A stretch of DNA of 64,000 bases, from assembly GCA_963695555.1 (NCBI GenBank), contig CAVOGR010000012.1, positions 29,743-93,742 on the forward strand. Reading direction: 5' to 3'. The notes under the pieces are model-generated. The model worked only from the letters and a program-made list of their open reading frames with translations, searched no databases and was not told where the DNA came from. This document shows positions 10,675-20,444 of this stretch, one piece after another (the stretch's first letter is position 1; each line of letters begins with the position of its first letter). Position numbers and translations under genes: made by a program. The stretch comes from an uncultured Gemmatimonadales bacterium. Its GTDB lineage: Bacteria > Gemmatimonadota > Gemmatimonadetes > Gemmatimonadales > GWC2-71-9.

Positions 10675-10684
10675 GATACGCGTC

Positions 10685-11983
10685 ATGTCCGTGACCTCTG
10701 AGACTCGAAAGAGCTGGCAAGTCTGCGCGACGTGCGGGGATCGCCTATCCGAGTTGGATTCCTCCGCTCGGTGCGACTGCGGCGGTCTGCTCGATATCGT
10801 CCACCCCGCTCCACCATCGACGGGCGAAGAACTCCGCGGACTTCTCGATGCACGTCGGACAGCATTCGAGGGACCTGCCGCTTCCGGCGTCTGGCGCTTC
10901 CGCGACTTGGTCCTTCCGTCCGCCGGCCTCGACGTCGTCAGCTATCCGGAAGGGAATACACCCCTCCTCGAGCGCCGATCAATCAGCCGCTGGGCCGGGG
11001 TAACGCGTCTCGAACTCAAGCACGAAGGGCATAACCCGACGGGATCGTTCAAGGACCGAGGCATGACGGTGGGCATCACGCAGGCGCAGCGGATCCAAAC
11101 GCCTGCCGTGGCGTGCGCATCGACCGGCAACACGGCGGCATCACTGGCGGCCTACGCGGCCACCGCAGGAGTGCGATGCCTAGTGCTGGTACCCAAGGGT
11201 CGGATCGCCGGGGGCAAGCTGGCGCAGGCGTTGGCCTATGGGGCGACGACCCTGCTCGTTCGGGACGGGTTCGACGGCTGTCTTGCCCTCATTGATCGAG
11301 CGTCCAGAGAGCTGGGAGTGTATCTCCTCAATTCCATCAATCCGTTCCGGATCGAGGGTCAAAAGACCATCATGTTCGAGCTGCTGCAGCAGCTCGCCTG
11401 GTCGACGCCGGACTGGCTCGTCGTGCCCGCAGGCAACCTTGGCAACACCGCCGCGTTTGGAAAGGCATTCCGGGAGGCGGTCGAGTGGGGTCTGATCGAG
11501 CGCTGTCCCCGAATGGCCGCCGTCCAGGCCGAAGGGGCGGCGCCGTTTGCGCAGAGCTATCGTGAGGGATTTGCCAGACGCCATGAGGTCACTCCCGACA
11601 CCGTCGCGACCGCGATCCGGATCGGCAACCCCGCGTCCTACGACCGCGCGGTACGCGCGATCCGAGAAACGGACGGCGTCGTCACGACAGCCACAGATCA
11701 CGAGATCCTCGAGGCGAAGGCGGTGGTCGACGCGGCCGGCATTGGCTGCGAGCCGGCGAGCGCGGCAGCCGTGGCCGGCGTGCGGCGACTGGTGCGCGAC
11801 GGGGTGATTGATCCCAGCCAACGGGTTGTCGCGGTCCTGACCGGCCACATCCTGAAGGACCCCGAACTATTGCTCGCGTATCACCAGACGACAGAGCCGG
11901 CCCCCCCGAAGGCGAACCGGCCCATTGAAATCGATGCGGATCTGGATCAGCTGGCCCGCGTGCTCGATCGCTCGGCACGCTGA
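10685..11983 (+). CDS. thrC: Threonine synthase
   Basis: EGNTPL, KHEGHNPTGSFKDRG (PLP Lys), CASTGNT, NSINPFRIEGQKT, CEPASAA, LTGHILKDP. Confidence 0.95.
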   Translation: MSVTSETRKSWQVCATCGDRLSELDSSARCDCGGLLDIVHPAPPSTGEELRGLLDARRTAFEGPAASGVWRFRDLVLPSAGLDVVSYPEGNTPLLERRSISRWAGVTRLELKHEGHNPTGSFKDRGMTVGITQAQRIQTPAVACASTGNTAASLAAYAATAGVRCLVLVPKGRIAGGKLAQALAYGATTLLVRDGFDGCLALIDRASRELGVYLLNSINPFRIEGQKTIMFELLQQLAWSTPDWLVVPAGNLGNTAAFGKAFREAVEWGLIERCPRMAAVQAEGAAPFAQSYREGFARRHEVTPDTVATAIRIGNPASYDRAVRAIRETDGVVTTATDHEILEAKAVVDAAGIGCEPASAAAVAGVRRLVRDGVIDPSQRVVAVLTGHILKDPELLLAYHQTTEPAPPKANRPIEIDADLDQLARVLDRSAR

Positions 11984-12004
11984 GCCTCTGCCCCTCGGTG
12001 TCTC

Positions 12005-12586
12005 CTACCCCTCTTCAGTCTGGTGCTCGTGGCTGCCGGCGATCTTGTCGATGGCCTTCTCGAGCTCGGTATAGGCCGTTGGGTCGACCTCGCGAAACGG
12101 GATCTGCCGGTACCCGATGGTGCCGTCGGGCGCGATCACAAACAGGTTCCGATTGTTGGTCCGACCGCTCGGGCTCATGGCGCCGTACAGCCGGCCAACC
12201 GCACTGCCGGGATCGCTCAGGAACGTGAACGGGAACCCTTCGTCCTTGGCCCAGGATGCCTGGGCCTCCGCTGGATCGGAGCTGATCGCGAGCAGAACCA
12301 CGTCATCGCCATCATTGAACAGTGTCGCGTACTGATCACGGTACGCTTTCATTTGGATGGTTCAGCCAGGGGTCCTCACCCGGTAGAAGAACGCAAGGAC
12401 CACGGTTTTCCCGGCGAAGTCGCCCAACCGCACCGTGTCCGGCAGGACGCCCTCGCGGGTCGAGCCCACCAGCGTGAACTCCGGGGCGACCGTTCCGACC
12501 TCGAGCGGCGCTTGGGCCTCGAGCGCACCGGCCGCGAACACGCACCCGAGCCCGGCTGTTGCCAACGCAAGTCCTATTGGTCTCAC
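12005..12586 (-). CDS. Exported peroxiredoxin (BCP/PrxQ, AhpC/TSA family) with in-frame UGA at the peroxidatic position; probable selenoprotein
   Basis: ORFs 12362..12637 and 12005..12352 are in the same frame and read VVLAFFYRVRTPG-UGA-TIQMKAY. The UGA sits at the C of the TPGCT motif. GTG start at 12586 follows GGAGG. Signal peptide present. Confidence 0.85.
12327..12346 (-). promoter_or_regulatory. Candidate bacterial SECIS hairpin
   Basis: mRNA GCGUAC-CGUGAUCA-GUACGC forms a 6-bp stem starting 16 nt after the UGA, with G in the loop. Confidence 0.55.
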
Positions 12587-12637
12587 ACGATCCTCCATCG
12601 GCATATGTTGCTGCCTACCGCCCCACGCTCCTACCAC

Positions 12638-13888
12638 CTACTCGCTGCCCTCCATCATTACCCGCCAGATCTTCTGATCCCGGTCCGAGGCGATGTAGAG
12701 CGACCCGTCCGGACCCATCGCGACGCCCGACGCGCGAAGACTGGTCGGCCCGGCGGCCCCGGTGGCGAAGGTCGAGTATTCACCCGTGGGCCGGCCGTTC
12801 GCAAACGGAATGTACACCACCCGGTATCCGGCTTGTGGCAAGGGCGCCCGGTTCCATGAACCGTGGAACGCAAGGAAGGCACCGCCCTGGTACTCGGAAC
12901 CCAACGCGGGCATGGTGTTGAAGGCCAGGGCCATCGGGGCCCAATGGGCCGGAAAGCCGATGATCGGGTCTTTCATTTCAGCGCACCGGCCCACCGCTCG
13001 TCCATCCCCGCCATACTCGGGCGCCAGGACCTTGGTCTGGGTCTGTGGGTCGTAGTAACAGTAGGGCCAGCCGTAGTCGTCGCCCTTGGCGGCGACGCCG
13101 AACTCCTCGGCTGGCAGTTCCGCGTTCTGTTCGGCGGTGAATCCCCAGTTGGCGCTCAGCTGGTCGCGCCCATGTGACGCAAAGTAGAGCTCACCGGTCG
13201 ACGGGTGAACCGCCAGGGCCATAGGGTTCCGCAGCCCGGTGGTCCACCGCTCTCCGTCCGACGGTGCTTGATCGAGCTTAGCGGCATCGAACCGCCAGAT
13301 GCCGGCGCGCTCCTCGAGTTCCGTGCAGGGCATCCGTCCCGGTGACCGTGCGCTCCGATCCTGTGCCTGGCAGCTGTTGCTCCTCGATCCGAAGTCGACG
13401 AAGAGCGATCCGTCCGGCCCGACCGCCATGGTCTTGGCGGCATGTCCGCCGGTCGGGAGGCCCGTGACAACCGTCTCGGGTTGGTCCGAGGGCACGAGGG
13501 CCCCGTTCGCCAACCGGTACCGTACGATCCGGTCGTTCGGCGCGAAGTATAGGTAACCACCGTGGAGCGTCACGCCTGTTCCCGAGGCGCGCCCGATTGG
13601 ACGGAGCATGTCCGCCTTGCCGTCACCGTCGGTGTCGCGAAGGGCCAAGAGGCCGCCTCCGCCACGTCCGCCAACGCCGGCGTAGATGTCGCCATTATCC
13701 GCTACCACAATGTGTCGCACGGCGCCTAGCCGCTCGCCCACCAGGAGAGCGCAGTAGCCGGCGGGAAGCACCAAGCCCGCGTTGCCTGGATCGCACACCG
13801 GACGTACTTGGGCCTGCACGAAGGTGCAGGGGACGATGACCAGGACTAGGAGGCTGAAACGGGGCATGCGTTCTCCAGCAAGGAACAT
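12638..13888 (-). CDS. PQQ-dependent sugar (sorbosone/glucose) dehydrogenase family beta-propeller
   Basis: GLRNPMALA, DYGWPYCY, FPAHWAPMAL, AFHGSWNRAP..GYRV. Start is 13888 or 13867. Confidence 0.88.
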   Translation of the reverse strand: MFLAGERMPRFSLLVLVIVPCTFVQAQVRPVCDPGNAGLVLPAGYCALLVGERLGAVRHIVVADNGDIYAGVGGRGGGGLLALRDTDGDGKADMLRPIGRASGTGVTLHGGYLYFAPNDRIVRYRLANGALVPSDQPETVVTGLPTGGHAAKTMAVGPDGSLFVDFGSRSNSCQAQDRSARSPGRMPCTELEERAGIWRFDAAKLDQAPSDGERWTTGLRNPMALAVHPSTGELYFASHGRDQLSANWGFTAEQNAELPAEEFGVAAKGDDYGWPYCYYDPQTQTKVLAPEYGGDGRAVGRCAEMKDPIIGFPAHWAPMALAFNTMPALGSEYQGGAFLAFHGSWNRAPLPQAGYRVVYIPFANGRPTGEYSTFATGAAGPTSLRASGVAMGPDGSLYIASDRDQKIWRVMMEGSE

Positions 13889-13909
13889 GGAATGTAGAAT
13901 AGCATCAGG

Positions 13910-15340
13910 TCAGCGCCCTTCTGGTGGGCTGGCCGGATCGATGCTCCCAGACACGATCGAGGCTTCGATCTCGGTTAGAAGGTCCGCTCTCGTGGCCCTA
14001 TCGAACACTCTCCCCGCCGCAATCACGGTCTCGATCCGTCGCGTATTCGCCACGTCGGCAAGAGGGTCGGCGCTGAGCAGAACTAGGTCTGCGCGCTTTC
14101 CTCGCTCGATCGTCCCCGTCTCCGCCTCCATTCCCATGAAGGCCGCCGGAAGAGCTGTGGCGCTCTGCAGCGCCTCCATTGGCGTCATCCCGTAGTCTTG
14201 CACCAATAACGCGAGCTCGTCATGGAGGCTGAAGCCCAGGTATGTGCCCGTGGTCGGGACATCGGTGCCCGCCAACATCTTCACGCCCGCCTGCCTTGCC
14301 TCGTACAGGAAGTGATTACTGCTCGCGATCATCTGCCCGATGACCTCCGGCGGCGGACGCTCCCTATCGGCAGCATTGAAGGCAACTGTCTTGATCCACC
14401 CACGACGAATACTCGGAGATACATATCGGTTGCGGGAGTCGAGATTACCCCCGGTGTCCTTCACGATGGCGCTGACCCTATCGAGGGGCAGAGTTTCCAT
14501 CTCATTCGTCACAAGAGTGGGCACCAGATGGGTGTCGTTTCGGAGCAGAGCTTGGAAGATCGCGCGCTTCTCCTCAAGAGATCTCTCGTTGAACCCGGGC
14601 AAGATGTTGTGCTCGATGCTTCGCTGTCCGCCGTCGGCGCTCTCCTCGAGGCTCATGATCCAGACGTAGTGACCGACGAGGTGGGTCCCAGCCTCGGCGG
14701 CCGCGTCCGCGATCGCGGCGAAGACCTCGGGCGACTCGGCGTGCCGGATCTTTATGAAATCAGCCCCTCCAGCTATCAAAGAGTCCACGACGGCCCTGGC
14801 CTCTGTCGGGTCCGCCGTTGTGATCCTGGTGCGTAGAAACTCCTCGACCTCCGCCTCATCCTGGCCACGCTCCTGCATCAGGTCGACGTACTGTGCGACC
14901 CATCGTGAGCTCTCGACCATCATGCCCGAGGTTCTTATGTCGGGGCCCACGAGGCTTCCATCTCTGACTCGCTCCCTCAACTCCACCGTCTTCTCGAGCT
15001 CGCTGCCCATATCGCGGACAGCGGTTATCCCGTTGATGATGAAAAGGGGAAGGGTGCCGTCCAGGTCCCGCAGGTGCACGTGCATGTCCCACAAGCCGGG
15101 GATGAGGAACTTACCGGTCCCGTCGATGACCCGTGCTGAAGAGGAAAAGTGCACGGAGTCTTCTTTGCCGACGGCACGGATTCGGCCCTGCTCGATGACG
15201 ACGGTCATGCCGGATTGCGGACCGGCGCCCGTTCCATCGATGACAGTCACGTTACGAATAGCCAAGACCCCGGGTTGCTTCGAGCAACCGGATGAGAATG
15301 AGAGCCCCAGAATCAAGGCCAGTACACCGGTATGCTTCAT
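13910..15340 (-). CDS. Amidohydrolase family lipoprotein
   Basis: Lipobox-like FSSGC, IDGTGKFLIPGLWDMHVH, LAGTD, GTIERGKRADLVLL..DP. Confidence 0.88.
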   Translation of the reverse strand: MKHTGVLALILGLSFSSGCSKQPGVLAIRNVTVIDGTGAGPQSGMTVVIEQGRIRAVGKEDSVHFSSSARVIDGTGKFLIPGLWDMHVHLRDLDGTLPLFIINGITAVRDMGSELEKTVELRERVRDGSLVGPDIRTSGMMVESSRWVAQYVDLMQERGQDEAEVEEFLRTRITTADPTEARAVVDSLIAGGADFIKIRHAESPEVFAAIADAAAEAGTHLVGHYVWIMSLEESADGGQRSIEHNILPGFNERSLEEKRAIFQALLRNDTHLVPTLVTNEMETLPLDRVSAIVKDTGGNLDSRNRYVSPSIRRGWIKTVAFNAADRERPPPEVIGQMIASSNHFLYEARQAGVKMLAGTDVPTTGTYLGFSLHDELALLVQDYGMTPMEALQSATALPAAFMGMEAETGTIERGKRADLVLLSADPLADVANTRRIETVIAAGRVFDRATRADLLTEIEASIVSGSIDPASPPEGR

Positions 15341-15532
15341 GGGACCTCCCCGTACGGCGAGCGACGACGTGACGCGAGGGATGACAAATCGCCCACCCTT
15401 GGACTGATGAGCGCAGGGGAAGTGTGGGGGACAGGAAGTGGGTTTGGCAACAGGAGGGTGATGGTGACCCAGGGACCGCGCTCGGCGACGCGTTGCTTCC
15501 AGGTAGACTGGGGCGCCTCTATCTTCCCGCCC

Positions 15533-17212
15533 ATGACCACACACCAGTACATCTTCACCATGGTCGACCTGCGGAAGGTCGTCCCGCCCAAACGTGAGAT
15601 CCTCAAGGGCATCAACCTGGCCTTCTTCCCGGGCGCCAAGATCGGCGTTCTGGGGGCGAACGGCGCAGGCAAGAGTTCCCTGCTCCGCATCATGGCGGGC
15701 GTGGACCAGGACTTCATTGGCGAGGCCCGCCCGGCACCAGACATTCGGATCGGGTTCTTGCCGCAGGAACCCGAACTCGATGCGAGCAAGACCGTCCGCG
15801 AAAACGTCGAGCAGGCCGTGGCGTCGACCAGGGCCCTGTTGAGGGAGTACGAGGCGATCAGCGCCCAGTTTGCGGAGCCGATGTCGGACGACGAGATGAC
15901 GGCACTGCTCGAGCGTCAGGGTGACCTCCAGACCCACATCGAAGCAATCGGAGCCTGGGACCTCGACCGGAAGATCGACATCGCGATGGACGCCCTCCGG
16001 TTGCCGCCGGGAGAAGCCGGCGTCACCAATCTTTCCGGCGGCGAGAAGCGGCGCGTGGCGCTCTGCCGCGTGCTGCTCGAGCAGCCCGACCTGCTGCTCC
16101 TGGATGAGCCCACCAATCATCTCGATGCCGAGTCGGTTGCCTGGCTCGAGCGCCACTTGGCAGAGTTCCCGGGCACGGTGGTGGCCGTGACCCACGACCG
16201 GTACTTCCTCGACAATGTGGCCGGCTGGATTCTCGAGCTCGACCGCGGAGCCGGGATTCCCTGGAAGGGGAACTACTCCTCCTGGCTCGACCAGAAGCGC
16301 CAGCGGCTCGCGGTGGAGGAGAAACAGGCCTCAGCACGACAGCGCACCCTGGAGCGCGAGCTCGAATGGATCCACATGGCACCGCGGGCGCGGCGTGCCA
16401 AGTCGAAGGCCCGCATCTCCGCCTACGAATCGCTCTTGGCCGAGGGCCAGCAGGACCAGGAAGGCAAGGCCGAGATCCTGATTCCCACGCCGGAGCGCCT
16501 CGGCGATCAGGTCGTGGTGGCGGAGGGCTTGCGGAAGGGCTACGGCGATACGCTGTTGATCGATGACTTGAGTTTTGCCTTGCCGCCCGGTGGCATTGTG
16601 GGCGTGATCGGTCCGAATGGCGCGGGGAAGACGACGCTCTTTCGGATGATCGTGGGTGCGGAAGCGCCGGACAGCGGAGCGCTCACCGTCGGCTCGACCG
16701 TAGCAATCGCCTACGTCGATCAATCGCGCGAAGCCCTCGAGCCCGACCACACCGTGTACCAGGAGATCTCGGGCGGCGTGGACGAATTCGAGTTTGGCAA
16801 GCGGACCGTCAACGCGCGGGCTTATGCTGCGGGGTTCAATTTCCGCGGCGCGGACCAGCAGAAGCGGGTCGGCGATCTATCGGGCGGCGAACGGAACCGG
16901 CTCCATTTGGCGAAGCTGCTCAAGAGCGGGGGCAACTTGTTGCTGTTGGACGAGCCGACCAACGATCTCGACGTCGATACCCTTCGGGCATTGGAGGACG
17001 CATTGCTCCGCTTTGCAGGCTGCGCCGTGGTGATCAGCCACGATCGGTGGTTTCTCGACCGGGTCGCGACCCACATGCTCGCCTTCGAAGGCAATAGCGA
17101 GGCGATCTGGTTCGAAGGGAATTATCAAGACTACGCCGCCGACTACAAACGGCGAAAGGGCGCGGACGTCGACCGACCCCACCGGATCAAGTACAAGAAG
17201 CTGGTGCACTGA
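15533..17212 (+). CDS. ettA: Energy-dependent translational throttle protein EttA (ABC-F)
   Basis: FFPGAKIGVLGANGAGKSS, LSGGEKRRVALCR, RELEWI, second ABC domain, C-terminal PHRIKYKKL. Confidence 0.96.
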   Translation: MTTHQYIFTMVDLRKVVPPKREILKGINLAFFPGAKIGVLGANGAGKSSLLRIMAGVDQDFIGEARPAPDIRIGFLPQEPELDASKTVRENVEQAVASTRALLREYEAISAQFAEPMSDDEMTALLERQGDLQTHIEAIGAWDLDRKIDIAMDALRLPPGEAGVTNLSGGEKRRVALCRVLLEQPDLLLLDEPTNHLDAESVAWLERHLAEFPGTVVAVTHDRYFLDNVAGWILELDRGAGIPWKGNYSSWLDQKRQRLAVEEKQASARQRTLERELEWIHMAPRARRAKSKARISAYESLLAEGQQDQEGKAEILIPTPERLGDQVVVAEGLRKGYGDTLLIDDLSFALPPGGIVGVIGPNGAGKTTLFRMIVGAEAPDSGALTVGSTVAIAYVDQSREALEPDHTVYQEISGGVDEFEFGKRTVNARAYAAGFNFRGADQQKRVGDLSGGERNRLHLAKLLKSGGNLLLLDEPTNDLDVDTLRALEDALLRFAGCAVVISHDRWFLDRVATHMLAFEGNSEAIWFEGNYQDYAADYKRRKGADVDRPHRIKYKKLVH

Positions 17213-17238
17213 ACCGGCAGGGTTCTCCGGCAGGAAGG

Positions 17239-18321
17239 TCAGCGCGGTCCTAAGATCGGGATCTCAAACGGCGCCTGGACCATGATCCGGTAGGAGTATT
17301 CCCAGTTCGTTCCGGAAATCGCCTTGCTCGTATCATTGTCGATTTTGTGGAACCGCAGCTCCACTCGAAAATGAACGGCCTCATCGATCGTCATCCGGCG
17401 GATGAAGCCGATCTCGGTATAGCGCCGCTCTGAGCGGTAGAAGGTCGGATCGAACCCGACTGAGTTGTAGTTGTTGTCGCCTTCCTCCGACAAGAAATCG
17501 CGGCCCCACCAGAGAACGGTGAAAAACTCGCCCAACGGAGGCGTGACCGAAGCCTTCAGGTAGGTTCCATGACCCTTCTCGGGTCGGCCGGGCGGCGGGT
17601 CGGTCGCGAAGATCCCGCTGCTCCACAACTGAAAGAGCGCGAGACTGCCCTGCCGCACTACGGGGAGTGCTGCGGTGAGCCTGATCCCCGGCCCTCCCGC
17701 AAAATTGTTGGTGACCGGGACGCCGGCGCTGAAGAGCTGGCCGCCACGATGCTTGCCGTGCCCTTGGTACTCGAGCGCCAAGAATGGGAGCGGCCGCACG
17801 CGAACCACCAACCCGTAGTCGAAGACCTCCCGACTCTCTGCGGTGTTGAGCACCTGCCAGTTGATGAACGCCTCAGCGTCCACGTGCTCCCGCCGCTCGA
17901 CCCACTGGAGGCCATACTCGACCGGCCGAGTGATCTCGAGCGTCGTGACCTGAAGCGGCTCCAGAAACCCGTGCCGGTTCGCGGTCTCCAGGGTGCCTAG
18001 CACGCCGAGCGAGTGATCGGTGCGATAGCGGAAAGACAGGAGCGGTTTCACAGGATCGAGGAACTCGTCACTGCCGCTCCGCTGATCGCCGAATACCCCC
18101 GCGAGTACCTCAGTGTGTTCGCTGGTCTTGAAACGCAAGAAGCTCTTGAATTGTCCGCCAAGGAGGGTCTCCCCCTCGCGGAATGGCGTGAAGAACTCCG
18201 TGTTGTCGCCGTAGAACGTGAATTCGTTCCGCCAAACGAGCCGTTGAGCTGCCAACCGCGGGGCGGCCCATGGCACGATGGCCAACATGAATACGAAGGC
18301 GCGGGAAATGATTCTGATCAT
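17239..18321 (-). CDS. Hypothetical outer-membrane beta-barrel-like protein
   Basis: Signal peptide, aromatic alternating beta-strand pattern, immediately downstream of argE. Confidence 0.65.
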   Translation of the reverse strand: MIRIISRAFVFMLAIVPWAAPRLAAQRLVWRNEFTFYGDNTEFFTPFREGETLLGGQFKSFLRFKTSEHTEVLAGVFGDQRSGSDEFLDPVKPLLSFRYRTDHSLGVLGTLETANRHGFLEPLQVTTLEITRPVEYGLQWVERREHVDAEAFINWQVLNTAESREVFDYGLVVRVRPLPFLALEYQGHGKHRGGQLFSAGVPVTNNFAGGPGIRLTAALPVVRQGSLALFQLWSSGIFATDPPPGRPEKGHGTYLKASVTPPLGEFFTVLWWGRDFLSEEGDNNYNSVGFDPTFYRSERRYTEIGFIRRMTIDEAVHFRVELRFHKIDNDTSKAISGTNWEYSYRIMVQAPFEIPILGPR

Positions 18322-18328
18322 TCCGAGT

Positions 18329-19492
18329 TCACCGGCCCCCGCGGCAGAACTGGTAGATGAGGCGGTCCAAGATCCCCGAAGCGGCAATGAACTCCCGTAC
18401 AGGGAGGGATTCATTGGGTTTGTGCGCCACGGCGATGTCACCCGGCCCGAACACCACGCACTCGAGGCCCGCATGCTGCAACCAGCCGGCGTCGGTGGCG
18501 TACGACACGCTGTCCGGGCCGTTGCCCTGTGCCTCCCGTTGCACCGCTTGGAAGATCTCCGCCTGGGGGTCGAGCAGCAGCGCCGGGCTCTCACTGGTGC
18601 ACTCGAACGCAAACTGGGTGTCTCCCAACGCCTCCGCCAGGAGATGCCCGAGGTGGTCTCGAATCACTCGAATCTCGGTTCCCGGCAAGACGCGGACGTC
18701 GAAGGCGATCGCGCATCGGTCCGGCACGACGTTCACCGCCACCCCGCCAGCAATCCGGCCGATGTTGAGCGTGAGGTGCGGCACGTCCGGAAAATGCCGC
18801 CCGGCGTCGGGCCGCTCGTCCCGCCACCGGTCGCGCAATGCGGCCAGCGCCACGATCGCCCGGCCGGCAGGTTCGATCGCGTTGGTGCCCAGGTGGGGGT
18901 AGCCACTGTGCGCGCTCGTGCCGTGGAACTCGAGCCGGAACTCCAGGTGCCCCTTGTGAATCCGCACCGCGCTGAGCGACGTGGGCTCGCCGATAATGGC
19001 GTGCCTCGGCAGGCTGGAGCGATCCTGCCAGGATTGGACGAAGTGCTTGGCGCCGACCGTCCCGACCTCTTCGTCATAGGTCAGCAACACGGCCAGCGGC
19101 TGGCGAAGCTCCGCGCGCGCCACAAGAGCGGCACGATTGATGGCGAGCGCCAGGAATCCCTTCATGTCGCAGGCCCCGCGCGCCACATAGGCGTCCCCGC
19201 GCTCGGTCAGGCGGAACGGGTCCGTGTCCCACTCCGTCGGGTCGGCCGGGACGACATCCATGTGGCCGGAGAGTACGAGGCCGTCGCGCCGCTCGGGGTC
19301 CGTCTCGGGGCCCACGAAGACCAGGACATTGGCCTTCTCCCCATCGGGCGACGGCACGCGGTGGACACGGATGCCAGGCCGGTCCAGATAGTCACAAATA
19401 AAATCGGCGATCGGCAGGTTGCTGTTCCGGCTGGTGGAATCGAATCCCACCAGTCGGGCCAGCAGCTGCTCGTCGGTCAGTAGGGCGGTCAC
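18329..19492 (-). CDS. argE: Acetylornithine deacetylase (M20 family)
   Basis: LVGFDSTS..SN, LSGHMDVVP, ARGACDMKGF, TYDEEVG, IIGEPT, FGPG.I..AHKPNE. Confidence 0.9.
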   Translation of the reverse strand: MTALLTDEQLLARLVGFDSTSRNSNLPIADFICDYLDRPGIRVHRVPSPDGEKANVLVFVGPETDPERRDGLVLSGHMDVVPADPTEWDTDPFRLTERGDAYVARGACDMKGFLALAINRAALVARAELRQPLAVLLTYDEEVGTVGAKHFVQSWQDRSSLPRHAIIGEPTSLSAVRIHKGHLEFRLEFHGTSAHSGYPHLGTNAIEPAGRAIVALAALRDRWRDERPDAGRHFPDVPHLTLNIGRIAGGVAVNVVPDRCAIAFDVRVLPGTEIRVIRDHLGHLLAEALGDTQFAFECTSESPALLLDPQAEIFQAVQREAQGNGPDSVSYATDAGWLQHAGLECVVFGPGDIAVAHKPNESLPVREFIAASGILDRLIYQFCRGGR

Positions 19493-19556
19493 GGGGTGAA
19501 GTCTGCCGGTGAATGCGCGGTGCGACAAGGGGGACGGGCGTGTTATACTTGCCGCC

Positions 19557-20444
19557 ATGTCGACGACGTCGCCGGGCACGGTCTCGCTGGGACTGGTCCA
19601 AATGCGCTGTTCGCCCGATCCCGAGGTCAACCTCGTGGCCGGCATCGAGCGGATACGCCTCGCGGCCGAACGGGGCGGGCAGATCATCTGCCTCCAGGAG
19701 CTCTTCAAGTCCCAGTATTTCTGCCAGACGGCGGATCATCGGCACTTTGACCTGGCCGAGCCGATTCCGGGCCCCTCGACCGAGGCGCTCACGCCCCTCG
19801 CCCGAGAACTCGGCATCGTCATCGTGGCGTCGCTGTTCGAGAAGCGCGCCGAGGGCGTCTACCACAACACCGCTGTGGTGATCGACGCCGACGGTCGGCT
19901 CGTCGGCAAGTACCGGAAGATGCATATTCCCGACGACCCGAGGTACCACGAGAAGTTCTATTTCGCACCGGGCGACCTCGGCTTTCGGAGCTGGGACACG
20001 CGCTTCGGCCGGATCGGCGTCTTGGTTTGCTGGGACCAGTGGTATCCCGAGGCGGCTCGACTCACGGCGCTCAGCGGGGCGCAGATCCTGTTCTATCCCA
20101 CGGCAATTGGCTGGCTCCCCGAGGAAAAGGCGGCCGTCGGCGCCGCGCAGCAATCGGCCTGGGAGACCATGCAACGAGCCCACGCGATCGCCAACGGCGT
20201 GTACGTCGCTGCGGTCAACCGCGTTGGTCACGAAGGCAGCAGCGAGGGTGGGATCGAGTTCTGGGGCGGGAGTTTCGTCAGCGATCCCTACGGCAGCGTG
20301 CTCCAGCGTGCCGGGCACGAGGAAGAGGTCATGATCGTCCCGTGTGCGCTGAGCGCGGTCGAGACAGCGCGGACCCACTGGCCATTCCTCAGGGATCGCC
20401 GAATCGACGCTTACCAGGGCCTCACCGAGCGGTATCTGGATTGA
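19557..20444 (+). CDS. aguB: N-carbamoylputrescine amidase (carbon-nitrogen hydrolase)
   Basis: CLQELF..QYFCQ, YRKMHIPDDP.YHEKFYF, VCWDQWYPEAAR; adjacent to aguA. Confidence 0.9.
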   Translation: MSTTSPGTVSLGLVQMRCSPDPEVNLVAGIERIRLAAERGGQIICLQELFKSQYFCQTADHRHFDLAEPIPGPSTEALTPLARELGIVIVASLFEKRAEGVYHNTAVVIDADGRLVGKYRKMHIPDDPRYHEKFYFAPGDLGFRSWDTRFGRIGVLVCWDQWYPEAARLTALSGAQILFYPTAIGWLPEEKAAVGAAQQSAWETMQRAHAIANGVYVAAVNRVGHEGSSEGGIEFWGGSFVSDPYGSVLQRAGHEEEVMIVPCALSAVETARTHWPFLRDRRIDAYQGLTERYLD

